Source: Vermamoeba vermiformis (Eukaryota). From it: DNA of 64,000 nucleotides. Location: the NCBI GenBank assembly GCA_045837725.1, contig JBEWZL010000036.1:124001-188000 (forward strand), written 5' to 3'. Positions 50,725-62,798 of the stretch are shown in pieces (the stretch's first letter is position 1; each line of letters begins with the position of its first letter). Under the pieces are notes generated by a model that saw only the letters and a list, made by a program, of their open reading frames with translations, had not been told where the DNA came from and did not search any database. Made by a program: the position numbers and the translations under genes.

Positions 50725-51927
50725 ATGGCGATGAGTAAGCGAGACGAGTCCAACAAAGAAAAGACCACCTCATCGTACAATCTTCCATCCACGCCAATCT
50801 CATCAGCAGCTACGATTAATACGTCGCAGCTTGCCTCAACTACCTACCCCACTCAAGCAAACGCATATCAACCACCAATACCATTCCCGAACAACGAAGA
50901 ACCAAGAGCCACGTCACATCAGCCCCACAGTGATCCCCGATCAACGAATCAAGGCAGCAAGCACGATGCACAGGCCGTTGCAGATCTTCTAGCACTTGCC
51001 GATGCCAGTAGCAATAGCCCTCCGTCACATGAGGAGCCTCAGCGTCCTTCGAGCCTCAAGCGGCCCGCATCTGAGTCTCAATCTCCACCAGATGCAGGAA
51101 ACAAGAAGATGAAACTGATGCCACCAATTACTGGCCCGAAGAAACAACAACCACGTCCTCCTGGCGAGCCATATCAATTTGTGCATTATTCACCAAAGCC
51201 TCCACAAACAACAAAGCGAAAAGATGTGATCCCAGATGAACCGACGCACAGCACACCGAGCCCTGGCACAACTGTGTCGCATGTCACGAGACCTAGCACG
51301 AGCCCGACAACTATGACAGCGCCCTCCCAACCTCCACACATGCGCCCTGCTGCGTACACGCAGATCTCGACTATTGCGCCCGGGCCATTTTCGCCGACTG
51401 CTGCGCCACATCTATACGCGCCTCACATCTCCTCGCCAGTAGGATTCACGCAAGTCCCGGCCCCAACGAATATAGTGCCTCCGCCACTTATGATCATGAC
51501 ACCTTGGCCCGCTGTGGGCCCGACAAACTACCAGATCCCGCCGCAGATGCCACCACAACAACAATACTTTGGGCCGCCGCTAAGTCTGGAACAATTAGTA
51601 CATCAAAGACTACAGAATATTAATTATCCATCGGGCACTGAATATCGGCTGATCAAGCGGTGTTTGCCCGATCAGCCTTTGAACTTTTTCAAAACGGATG
51701 TGGTTCCTTCTCAAGCGCCAAGCATACCTGGACCTCACAACATATTACGACCCTTCAAAGAACCCACGAGCGAGGCTGCAGCTGCTCCAATAGAACCTCT
51801 GCCGCATCTGCCTCAGCTCATCCAGACCTTGGAGGTTCCTTTTGAAGCTCAACGAAGCGCTGGAGCTCCACAAGCAGATAATACTCGAGGGCCGCCTAAG
51901 AAGTTACCACTTCATCTCTTGCAATAG
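50725..51927 (+). CDS. Intronless Pro/Ser/Thr-rich, probably disordered protein with NLS-like motif
   Basis: 400-aa uninterrupted ORF; KRP...NKKMK basic clusters; no recognisable domain. Confidence 0.6.
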   Translation: MAMSKRDESNKEKTTSSYNLPSTPISSAATINTSQLASTTYPTQANAYQPPIPFPNNEEPRATSHQPHSDPRSTNQGSKHDAQAVADLLALADASSNSPPSHEEPQRPSSLKRPASESQSPPDAGNKKMKLMPPITGPKKQQPRPPGEPYQFVHYSPKPPQTTKRKDVIPDEPTHSTPSPGTTVSHVTRPSTSPTTMTAPSQPPHMRPAAYTQISTIAPGPFSPTAAPHLYAPHISSPVGFTQVPAPTNIVPPPLMIMTPWPAVGPTNYQIPPQMPPQQQYFGPPLSLEQLVHQRLQNINYPSGTEYRLIKRCLPDQPLNFFKTDVVPSQAPSIPGPHNILRPFKEPTSEAAAAPIEPLPHLPQLIQTLEVPFEAQRSAGAPQADNTRGPPKKLPLHLLQ

Positions 51928-52742
51928 CGGTTAGTTGAACTCGAATCCGGATTCGTTAATTACGGCGATTTTGGAAACGCGTTCCATTAACCTCTTTTGA
52001 TATAATAACACCATAGCAGTATCATATACACTCCATACTCATATCACACGCAATAATTCTTATGATTCGAAGAAGCAAAAGAATAACAATTCAATAATTG
52101 CAATACTGTATTGGAGGATCTGCGTTTGCTGATCGACAAAGATGATGAAACCACTTCATTATCGTCATAATAACAATATGTTATATGCACGAAACAATTT
52201 TGTAATGACCAACAATTTGGTCCCTTTTTCTACCCCTTTGTACCAACCGATCCCTTTTTGTGAATAATAAACCGACGCCAAACCGTTTCCTGTTCGGGAA
52301 ACACTTCAATTCATGCTAGAGCTTAATATGAACCTCTTACTGGCTTGTCTGACAACATCAGTAGCGCAATTTTGGTTTCGAAATTTGATCCGCAACGAGG
52401 ATCTGTATTGTGACTGCCAATTTGGTAGTTGTTACGTCGTTAAGTAATGACATATTAAGTATGATTTCATATTTGCCATTAATGACGTAATTTACGCCTG
52501 GTAATGAAGTAACATTTCGTAATTCTGCCAAATTTAGGAATTTCTGTCGGTACGTACGGAGATTGAGGGTTAATCCGAGGGAGTTTCCGTACAGAACATT
52601 AGATATGCATAATATATGACGTATTGAGGAGCGAACTCATCCATTCTGCGACAATTAAGAAACTAGTTTGAGCGGACTTTGTTGTTGTTTTCATGAACGG
52701 ACTAGATCGCGGTTTTAAATATCAAACATCGAGAATGTTTAT

Positions 52743-55460
52743 TTACTTGGTATTTACGGACAATTCACTATTATTTTCTTCTTCTGCATCGTGTTTCAGC
52801 TTCTTAATGGCTGGATCTGTCCTTCGCTCTTCTTTATGCAAAATCATCAACAGTAATAAGATTGGTAAATAATACAAACTCGCAAAGAATGTTTTTCGAG
52901 CCCAAGTATTTGATTGGCCCATTGTGCTCTTAAGGTCTGTCTTAGGACCGGATGTAGATCCAGCCCCAGATCCGCTCTTGCCCTCACTTCTCGTCTTATG
53001 TTCCTCATTATGACTGCTATTATTCTCAGCATTGAATCGCTCTTGTCGTTCTTGCTGCTTTTGTTCTTTGTATTTGAACGACTGTTTGTAATCTCTGTGA
53101 AACAAGTGCGCGTAGTAAATCATGTAAAGTGCCGGGATCAGCGAGTCCAGTGCAAAGGTCCACGTCGTCACACCAGTCGCAGCACATAGAGCACCCATGG
53201 GCAACAAGTAGTAGCTGTAGCGTAATGTCAACTCTGACACTTTGTGTGGCTGCAAAAAAAAGATATTTTTAGCACATCGTTTTCAACTTGCATTTTTGAA
53301 GTATAATTTCTATAATGTATATTAAGCGCGATACTAAATGCAATGCCCATCAATCGTTAAATAAATTAGAGGGTTCTTATCATAAAATTTCATATGGGTA
53401 GTAAAGAAAGGAAATTTTGACTCGCAAGATCTACTGCAAGTTTTCGGAACTGAAAAATAAAGGATAATTATCCATATTAACTATCATGTCGATAAAGATA
53501 CTATATTAGGCACCTCCTTTCTCGACATAACAAATTTAAGGTCTCAAAGTCATTAGGGACTTACGTGAGTGACCGACAACATGCGGTAACCAGCACGCGC
53601 GTAATCCGTTCTGAGCGGCCAAGACAGCGCAAAAAAGTGCGGCATTTGCCACAAGAACAGCACGGCAAATAGAGCCCACGCACCTGGATCCAACGAGCCT
53701 GTATTCGCGGCCCAGCCTAGTCATCGTAATAATATTAAAATTTTGCCTATTTTTAGGACCGTAGTGTACGACCAAATGTAAAATTTAGCATTTTTTTGCA
53801 ATCTAACAAACATTTCCTTTTATGGTAAATTATCTCTCGCGTGGAGATTTAAGTTACGTACCAATCATCGGCGGAATTGCACCGACCACTGAGCCGATCC
53901 ACGTGTTCAACGGAGTTACTCGCTTGAGCGGCGTGTAGACCAAGGTATACAACAAGATGTTGCTGAACGCCAAGCCCTGGTAGACCATGTACAAATTAGG
54001 AAGGTTGGCTAACAGCTCACAAAACACGTATAACTCCTTATTAAACGAATCAAAAATAGATTAGGAAATGTAAATTTGGCTCCGAGATATTTTTAAGAAA
54101 GAAAGTTTCCTTTTTTGGAAAATTTATCGGCAAGACGAAGCGCCGCAATAATATAAGATATGAAAGCACTTACAGCAGCGAGCATATTCACTTGTGCCGC
54201 TAAAAGTACGCTGCCGAGAATGCCCGTCACCACACCAAAGCCGAGTGCGTGGTTCAACGACATGGCTCCGCTCGGCAACATGCGATTGGCTGTTCTCCGC
54301 ATCTTGAGATCGTTGTCGACCTGTCACGTGATCGTTAGTAATGTTCAGTCACGTGATCGATATTCACTGAACGTTCATGGCATTGCTTAAAGTACCCCAC
54401 TCGCATCCGACAAAAAAAATCTAATACGTGTCCAGAAGATATAAACATCGTATTATATCATATAATATTATAAATTAAATATTATTATTCATATATTTGA
54501 TATTATTGACTGTACCACAGCTTAATTAGAGTGACACCTGATCTGTACAATTTTCTTTGTGCGACAAGTGTCAAATCGATTGAATAGTATGAATGACATT
54601 GATAGTCATATTATATTGTAGTAATATTATGTGGATGAGTGCAACAATTTGTAACAGATCCAGTCACACTCGGACTGAGCTCACTTAAGGAGCGGACTAA
54701 TTGTTCAATAAGGTCTATATTCAATGATTGTACGTACCTCAATATATTGATTAATAGAGTTAGCCGAAGCAATCGCTAATGTCGTGCCCACGGCCGCTGC
54801 TGTCATGACACCCCAGTCGATCGGATCTGGCGCCATAAAATAGCCACCGACCGTAGTAACGATGACTAAGCTGGCTAATCTGAATTTTGATAGTTCAAGG
54901 TACTTTCCAAATAAGGACTTTGGTATTTTGCGTTCTTTTGGTGGAGGTTCTGCAGGATCTGGCGTGATCACGGGTGTCTCTTCATCTTTTGTTATCTACC
55001 GGAATAATTAGCCAATAATATCAATAAAATTATTATAATATTATTTTTTAATTGTAGCAATCTCAAGAGATGAAATTGAAGCTAGATCTTTGACGGCGAA
55101 AAATTGTTTTACCTCCGTATTTTGCGTGCTATATTGTCTAAATATTAGATCCCCGATTTGAAACGTTTTCTGTGTAATTTTAATCTGCCTTGAATTATTT
55201 AAGAGGCTGGATCGAGCTGTTATATTCATGAAATTGTTGCATTTTGTAGTATTCCTTTCAGAAAATAATTGTCTATTTTTCTGGTCATTATATAATGTTC
55301 CTCTATGCGTTACTGTAGTATCTATAATAAAATAATCATTTTTAGATTTTACTGCTAATTTTAAATTCGATTGCTTACTTCTCACGCAAGATCCAGCTGT
55401 TTTAAACAGTGAGTTCCCTCGCAGAGATCTTATTAACGGTCCTAATTGTGATTGCATCAT
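52743..55460 (-). CDS. COX10: Protoheme IX farnesyltransferase (heme O synthase)
   Basis: [90 protein letters not shown]. Confidence 0.95.
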
Positions 55461-55831
55461 AATCTTAAATATACATGTTCTCTTCTTTCTTTAAATCATC
55501 ACAAGACAATGAGCCAGGCGCCGCCGTCAAAAAATAGCCACAAACGATAGATATCGGAGATCATACACTATCTTTCAAATAAAAATGATTAATATTAACG
55601 AAAGCCCAAGCCTAACCGAACGCTGAAGCTTTTGTAAGGCAGCCTACGTCCGTTGAGTTTTGGAGTGCCACAAAAAACTTCTTATAGGAGGTTGGACGCG
55701 TACGATAGTAGGCATATTTAACGAGACACGACCTTGACTTTGCCATAGCACCTCCCTATAATGTATCCGAGCTAGCGTAAGATTGACTGCGGATTCTTTT
55801 TTTATTAGTTTTGTTGTTGTGGAAAACGACC

Positions 55832-57778
55832 ATGGCTCAAGTATCAACAGAAGGATATAACAATATCATTCGCAATTTTCCTGGCCGCCAAGGTCAGATT
55901 GATTTGCTGCTGCGCTTGTTTCGTCGAGTAAGTTTTGTTATTGTCAAATCCGGCCAATAATTACGCGTTAATTTTATTTAATATAATATTTATTGTTACT
56001 CGAAGTGTAGTACATTCCTCTTATGTTCTACTATTAACTAAATTTTTCAGCCGCAAGATCCTGTCCCGTGTTTATTTTTGTATGGCGCAACTGGTAGTGG
56101 CAAAACATTGCTGGCACGAGAAATAATGAAATTAATAGGCGCGAGGTAATTATACGACCTCTAGTTATTTTAATTAATATAGAAATGGATCAACAATTTG
56201 AAAATTGGCGCGTTTTGTTTTGTAGAGATTTTATTAATATATTATTGCAGATATTGTCTAGTTAATTCACTGGAGTGCTATAGTCAGCGATTGTTATTCG
56301 AATCAGCATTAAGTCAGCTCGATCAGGAAGGCATCCTCAAAAACAAAACTTGTGCCGAACTTTCTCGCTTCGTTACGCTATTAGATCAACTACTAGCGAA
56401 AGAATTGAATACTGTATATTTAATCTTTGACAAAGCTGAGCGATTACGAGGAGAATTTCAGTTCATCGTTAATGCTTTGCTCAGATTGACCGAACAGGTA
56501 CTAAAATGGCTACTCGAAGATATTTATATCGTATATACATTATATGTAACTTACTTTATTATTTTAGACCGATAGAAATGTCTGCGTTATATTTTTAAGC
56601 CGAGTATCATTTGATGAATTCCGAGACGACAGTGGATCGCCTGAACCAATCTCAATTCACTTCCCTTCGTATAATAAGGGTAATCTTAAATAATCATGGC
56701 CATTTTTTCATATTCTAACACCAACACCCTCGTATAGACCACATCCAAGAAATTATCCTTCTCGATTCAAAATCAATCTTCAATCACGCAGCCTCGCTCC
56801 TAAACTTGCCAGAAGAGCTCGCTCAGCACTTAGAGAACCTCTTATATAATTTTGTATCGCTAGTGCTCGACGTGTTTTTCAACGCTTGTTCAGATCTCAG
56901 CGAGCTGCATCATATTGTCGAGCTGCTGTTTCCAAAGTACCTACAGCCGATAATAGACGATAAAGGTACGTCATGTACTTACCATATGTTTATTCTAATC
57001 GTCTCATAGTCAAACCAACCGAGATCTTGATCCTGTACAATCGGATCAGGCCTTACTTACAAGACGTCCTCAAGTCTTTATCTCTACGCGAGATCTCGTT
57101 CTCTGATCTCATTAAAAAGACACAAGATGACCCCAATGCCAAGAAGAGTACGTCTATTATACCAATTTGAACTTCTCGTTTAACGTGCTTTCAGATGTGG
57201 TAGATCTGCCGTTATCAGCGAAATATATCCTCATAGCATCTTACCTAGCGTCTTATAACAACCCTAAATACGACAAACAAATCTTCGGTACGTCGCACGT
57301 AGGAAAAGCTACAAAAACTCGTCGAAACAAAAACGCGAAAGAAAAGGTACGGATCTGGTTGCGTACGCGCATCGGTGTCCTTACTCATCTGATACCATAT
57401 ATTATATAGTTGCAGCAACAGTTTGAAGGCCCCAAAGCGTTCCAGTTGAATCGCATGCTCGCCATCTACACCAGCATCGCGAAGGGTGATGAAGACCAAC
57501 AAGACACTATTACAACGCAGTATGTGAGCCCTACAACAGCGCAGATATTCACTCAAGTAAGCTACAATACTTATTAAGTCAATTAGCACCCGTACGTTGA
57601 AACTGATGTTCGTTTCCAGATCTCGTCGCTCGTTGGCTTAAAGTTGCTAGCGCTCGACTCAGCGTCGTCATTCAACCTAGACAAAGCCAAGTACAAGTGC
57701 TGCGTGGACTTGGATTACATTGAAGCTATTGCTAACAGTATCAACTTCAAGCTCTACAATTTCTTGTACAACGAATAA
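55832..57778 (+). CDS. ORC5: Origin recognition complex subunit 5
   Basis: FPGRQGQI, Walker A LYGATGSGKT, YLIFDKAERLR, IHFPSY, DLPLSAKYILIASYLASYN.PKYD..F, GPKAFQLNRMLAIY. Confidence 0.92.
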
Positions 57779-57880
57779 CGCGATCCACGAAAGAATGAAT
57801 AAATTGTACATATTAGTCAAATAATATCGCTATATTTCATGATAATACGGCCTCTTTATTTACATACTCAAGTGCTACTC

Positions 57881-58830
57881 CTATCCTCGTGGATATTGCT
57901 TGCAGTACTCGTACAACGTCATAGCCAGCGCGTGAGACACATTGAAAGAATGAGGCAAGCCATAGACCTGTAAGCAATAAGTATTAGTATTAGTACTGGA
58001 TTCATCGGCCATGGCGCCTGGACGCATGAGACGCTACGCAAAGGCTTACCGGGATCTCCACGCACTCGTCAACCAGGTTCAAGATCTTGTCACTAAGCCC
58101 CAACTTTTCTAACATAAGAACATTAGAGGATATATATTGGATTGGACCACGCGCCAAACTCATATTTGAGCCACTCTTACCGTTTCCAACAATTATGACA
58201 GTTTTCCGATCGAACTTGAAGTCAAATAAGATATGCGACTTGTTTGTTTGTTCTAAAGCTACTAACTTGTAACCCTCGGCCTTGAGCTTCTCTAATTGAG
58301 GCTCGAGCGACCTAACATCTAGCTAAGAAACTAAAATGGATTTCTCGTCTGATTGGCTATCGCCTACCTCCTAACATCAATCTTAATCGTGTCTAGATGG
58401 TAATCACTCTCGTCCTTGCCATCAGTTTCGTCATTTCGCGTTATCTTGGCAACAAGGCTTGGATTTCCGCTGCGGGATGACAAATCAGCAAAAACCACAA
58501 AAAAACAATAACCTACCAAACAATTAATTCTTTGACGCCAAAGCAGCTTGATGTGCGAGCAATAGCGGACTAGTCATACCGTGTAAATATTTAAGGAAAG
58601 CAAAATATTTTTCGTTCTCACCAGATTGACATTGCTTTTCATTGGCGGACACGCGACTACGACACTGCGCGGTCTGTCTAAACCATAATTAATCAGCCAC
58701 CAAATTTTTCGAACGTACCAAGCGCGTAGAAGGGCTTGTGTCGTATCTGATGAACGTCATTGCCAGATGAGGCTCGATCAGACGCCAAGCGCTTCGGCAA
58801 GGAAGAAACCAGACGCACGAGTCGTTGCAT
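57881..58830 (-). CDS. SpoU/TrmH-family RNA 2'-O-methyltransferase (possibly mitochondrial)
   Basis: NVNLSAIARTSSCFG, GYKLVALEQT, VIIVGN, VEIPVYGLPHSFNVSHALAMTLYEY; basic N-terminus MQRLVRLVSSLPKRL. Confidence 0.8.
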
Positions 58831-58945
58831 TCACGAGGTACCTAAATTAAAAAGGGATTTTATTTTACAACAAAAAATAGAGTTTGGCGCGCAAAAAAGT
58901 AGCCGTTTCGGTAGTTCGATCGACGATAAACTTCGTTAAAAGGGT

Positions 58946-58961
58946 GGTGTTAATAAACACC
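58946..58961 (-). terminator. Histone mRNA 3' stem-loop
   Basis: Minus strand GGTGTT-TATT-AACACC (6-bp stem, 4-nt loop) followed by ACCC, 47 nt after the H2B stop. Confidence 0.8.
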
Positions 58962-59008
58962 GTAAGTTAAGTTTCCAAAGTGGAATAAGCAAGTCGATTA
59001 AAACGCGC

Positions 59009-59419
59009 TTATTTCTTGATCTCCTCGGCGAGAGAGGCGTTGTACTTGGTGACGGCCTTGGTACCTTCTGAGACGGCGTGCTTGGCCAATTCACCAGGGA
59101 GCAAGAGGCGAACAGCGGTTTGGATTTCGCGAGAAGTGATGGTCTGTCTCTTGTTGTAACGAGCAAGACGACCGGCTTCTTGGGCAATACGCTCAAAGAT
59201 GTCGTTGACGAAAGAGTTCATGATAGCCATGGCCTTGTTGGAGACACCAGTGTCGGGGTGGACTTGCTTCAACACCTTGTAGATGAAGGTGCTGTAGCTG
59301 TTGTAGTTTCTTCGGCGAGAGTGATCCTCACCCTTTTCACCCTTGGCGGCCTTCTTGACCTTTTGAGTCTTGGGCTTGTCGGCACCCTTTTCGGCTCCTT
59401 CCTTCTTTCCGCGAGGCAT
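59009..59419 (-). CDS. H2B: Histone H2B (intronless)
   Basis: [14 protein letters not shown]-type core ([66 protein letters not shown]). Confidence 0.98.
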   Translation of the reverse strand: MPRGKKEGAEKGADKPKTQKVKKAAKGEKGEDHSRRRNYNSYSTFIYKVLKQVHPDTGVSNKAMAIMNSFVNDIFERIAQEAGRLARYNKRQTITSREIQTAVRLLLPGELAKHAVSEGTKAVTKYNASLAEEIKK

Positions 59420-59500
59420 TTTGTTTTAAACGAGTTGTGTTTGTCGTAAAATGAATTGATTTGAGTAATGAAAAAATTTTGTTTTTGATGTTGTTGCTTC

Positions 59501-59514
59501 TCCGTGATTGGTCA
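59501..59514 (-). promoter_or_regulatory. Putative CCAAT box upstream of H2B
   Basis: Minus strand TGACCAATCACGG about 90 bp upstream of the ATG. Confidence 0.4.
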
Positions 59515-59902
59515 GATTTTTTGTTTTTGGATTTTTAAGATACACTTTACCCAGATTTATCCTGGTGTGAGTGCTTTCACGAAGGAGAAGGCGGGAACCG
59601 ACACCCACGTGTCCTGCGTTTTCTTGGTTTGACGATCCCCAGTTTGCCTCTTCCTTGCACCTTTCTACCACTTGATCTGCTCTTTTATCGATATGCACAT
59701 CCCATGCCTTTAATGGCCCGTAAAAAACCACCAGAATCGCAGTGAAGTACGTAGACGCTTACTGAATCGTACCGAAGGCTCGAATTATTTATTTAAATAT
59801 CCAGTAATTATTTCATTTTGCGGTCGATCGAGGGAAGATTGACGAGCAAGTCTGGTCTTGGCTTACGAGCATAGTCTGACCTCTTATTACTAGCTCCTCC
59901 TG

Positions 59903-62552
59903 ATGAACATCAGAATTGACGAAGGTCACCACGATAAGCGTAGCTGGGAACCTTGGAGTCAAGAGGAAATTAAAGTTTTTTTCGATTCGATCGTAAAATA
60001 CGGCAGAAACTGGGCTCTCATCGCGAAAGAAATTGGAACAAAGCGCCAAGAACAAGTAATTATTATCCCGATAATTATCAAGCCTTAATCAATTAATCAA
60101 TAATTCTATTTTTATTTTGAAAATAATGGCCAATTTAATTTCCAAAACCTCGTTTGCTTTTGCTCAAATCACACTAATATGTGATAAATAATTGATTATG
60201 TAATATTGTTAAATTAATGGCATTATTTAAATTCGTGTGAACGGTCAGCGGCCTCATCTCTTTACTCTCACTTGTGCACGTACTAATAATACTTTCCACT
60301 TCAGGTTAGAACATATTTTTATAGATTACTTAAGAAGGTCACTAAATTGCTCGAGCCACTTCACTTTACTTTCGATTCTCGCGATCGGATGGACACTTTG
60401 ATCGCACTCGTTTGCTATTGGGAAGCTAAGCGCGATCTTAATATACCAGAGGCGCCAAACCCATCTGCAACAGCGAGCTTAGCTAGAGCAGTGCGCGACA
60501 GAATTATTAAGTAAGTTCTAACAATATGGTTGAATTTCGTTTGAAAGTTTAGAGTACTTTGAACTTCCGTAATTAGTAGAAAGTGAAGTTCAAAGTAAGG
60601 AAATATGACCGAAAGAGCAAACAGTATTAATATTTATTTTCTCCAAAGACAACGCAAAGAGCTAGAACTGATGCGGTCGCGACGACTTCCAGCACCCGAG
60701 AAAATTACATTCCAGCTCGTTCCTATAAGCAATGACATGGCGTCTGACTTATCGCAAGCTGGGTGTAACCCGCGATTACAGTAAGCGTCATTTTGGTCTT
60801 CTAAGAAATTAATTCTTGAAATTTACTAGCCGTTACACGAGCTAATTAAATTCGTGCAGGCTCACTGTTAAGTCAAGCAAGCGACTGTCGTCCATCATTC
60901 AGCACTTAATGAGCAAGTGGACACGTCCTGGCAACGAAGGCAAGCGTGTCTCAATTGCCACTGGCCCTATTCGGTTGTTTCCGCACCTAAAAATGGGACA
61001 TCCGGGTTGGGGAGTTGAGGACGAGGAAGTTACAGCGCTGAAGTTGTTTCATGCACTAGGGTGTCCTGAGATATGCAAAGTAGATTATAGTTGGAAGGCT
61101 GTACCAACTCAACCGACGCAACAACAGCATCTGGGATCGGATCTTAGTGCAGCGGAGCTCGAGCAATATTATCAATTATTCAATAATGCAGAAGGAAATG
61201 TTGCAATCAAGAATGAAGGAAGCAATCATAGTGGCGAGAATAGTTATTCACCAGAAGGCCACTATTTTACGCTGGATGATTTTCATCACTCGGATGAGGA
61301 CCACTTTGACGATCTGAACATCAAGTTGTCGTCGAATGATGCCTTTGGATTCGAGTCAGGCGAGAGTCACAGCTACAGCGTCGAAGAAAGACAAGTTATA
61401 CTGCCGGACATTTCCATGAACACGTTAAACAATTTGTTGAACTCCGGTGGAGCGAGCACGAATCAAAGAACAGCTTGAATACCAGTCAAAGCGGACTCAA
61501 TCTATCTCCTGTATCGATCAACAACGCCAGCATCAACAACGTCACTGTTCAACAACAAGAACGAGAGAATGCAAACCAGCGAAGCATGTTGAACGCAAGT
61601 TTTTCCATACTTCACGATGCTTCGTCAATGGGCTTTGATGCGTCTAACGACATGTTTGGCACTGGCTTCAAGCACGCTACGTCATCGTTCTCAACTGCAG
61701 TGAATAACTTGAAGGTCGAGAAGATCCAATCCGATCAGTCGCCGCCACCGTTCCTCGGAACTAACAATGGCACCAATGGGCAAGGCTATCCATCAAGGCC
61801 ATCTCCTGTTACTAACGCTAAGCGAAGGTACGTTGGAAACATAACCACAATTTTTTCGATCGCAAAAGCGGATCAAAAAACCGAATCTGGATGCGCGAGT
61901 TGTTTAACCTCGTTAGATCGGCGCAGGAAGTACTTGTGGGCGTTCTTTGTTAGTGTTCGCAAGTAGTGACCCGAACACGATGTTGCAAAACGTCTCGGGC
62001 ACGACCACACTAACAAGAATGCACCGCTTCCCGTCCGATCAGCGAAGTTAAGCTTGTTCAGGCCTTCTTAGTACTGGGGTAGGAGACTACCTGGGAATCG
62101 GAGGTGTTGTGCTCTTTACTTTTTGCTTTTTTGCTTCGCTGCTTGGCTACCCGTACCCTTATTTCGCGTTATCATTATATCACCGAACATCTTTCGGCCT
62201 CCACATCCAGATTCGAATCCGATTTCACTTTTTTTTGCTTATTGTTTTCAGACGGCATTACTAACGCGCAGTATTTAGATTACAACCGGAGTCCTTATTC
62301 AAAGAGGATTCGCTGGATGTTAGCGAGGTTCCTTTACGCGCATCAGCTGGTTCACGTAACAACGGCCCAAGTACCAACAACAAGACGTCTCTCGGTGTTC
62401 GACTCAACGAAAATGGCAAGCGAGACTTGCAGTCGTTCATTGAGGAGACGTCTTTCGTGCCATTTCGCTCTCAGGTATTCGGATCTGGCAGCACGCAGGA
62501 AGACAACGACGGTTCTGCTGCTAAAAGGCGAAAGCTGGATTCGGTGCCTTGA
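59903..62552 (+). CDS. SANT/Myb protein, Cramped (CRAMP1)/TKI1-like; apparent frameshift near 61465
   Basis: WEPWSQEEIKVFFDSIVKYGRNW..IGTKRQEQVRTYFYR; KITFQLVP..GCNPRLQLTVKSSKRLSSIIQHLMSKW; last exon ends AKRRKLDSVP-stop. Confidence 0.75.
61997..62115 (+). rRNA. 5S rRNA: 5S ribosomal RNA gene (intronic)
   Basis: 119 nt, colinear with eukaryotic 5S: ACGACCAC..GAA..CCCGTCCGATC..GAAGTTAAGC..GGCC..TTAGTACTGG..GGAGAC..CCTGGGAA..GGTGTTGT. 5' GGGCAC pairs with 3' GTGCTC; T-runs follow (Pol III terminator). Confidence 0.95.
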
Positions 62553-62798
62553 GCGAAGCTAGCAATTTAATTTCAGTGTACAATTACTACCCTTTCAACC
62601 GTAGCTTTAGCGAGAAAGCCAACCGATCTTTTCTTGTTTGAAGTTACGGATGGAGCTGTCGTGAGCGAAGAAGTGCAGTCGTTTAATTACAACTGCCTTC
62701 TTTAGCTTAGTTTTAAATCAGAGATATCAAAACAAGCGATAGACTCCTCAATGTAAATAAACGGATCAAATTATTTATTGTAACCCGATCTTCGTTTG

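Noticed and set aside
55509-55550. ATG at 55509 as ORC5 start
   Set aside because: Stops after 13 codons; the conserved ORC5 N-terminus starts at 55832.
59078-59449. 123-aa plus-strand ORF
   Set aside because: Antisense shadow of H2B caused by codon bias.
62104-62562. 152-aa ORF overlapping the 5S 3' end
   Set aside because: Non-ATG start, spans the T-rich terminator and intron; the credible exon is in another frame (62279-62552).
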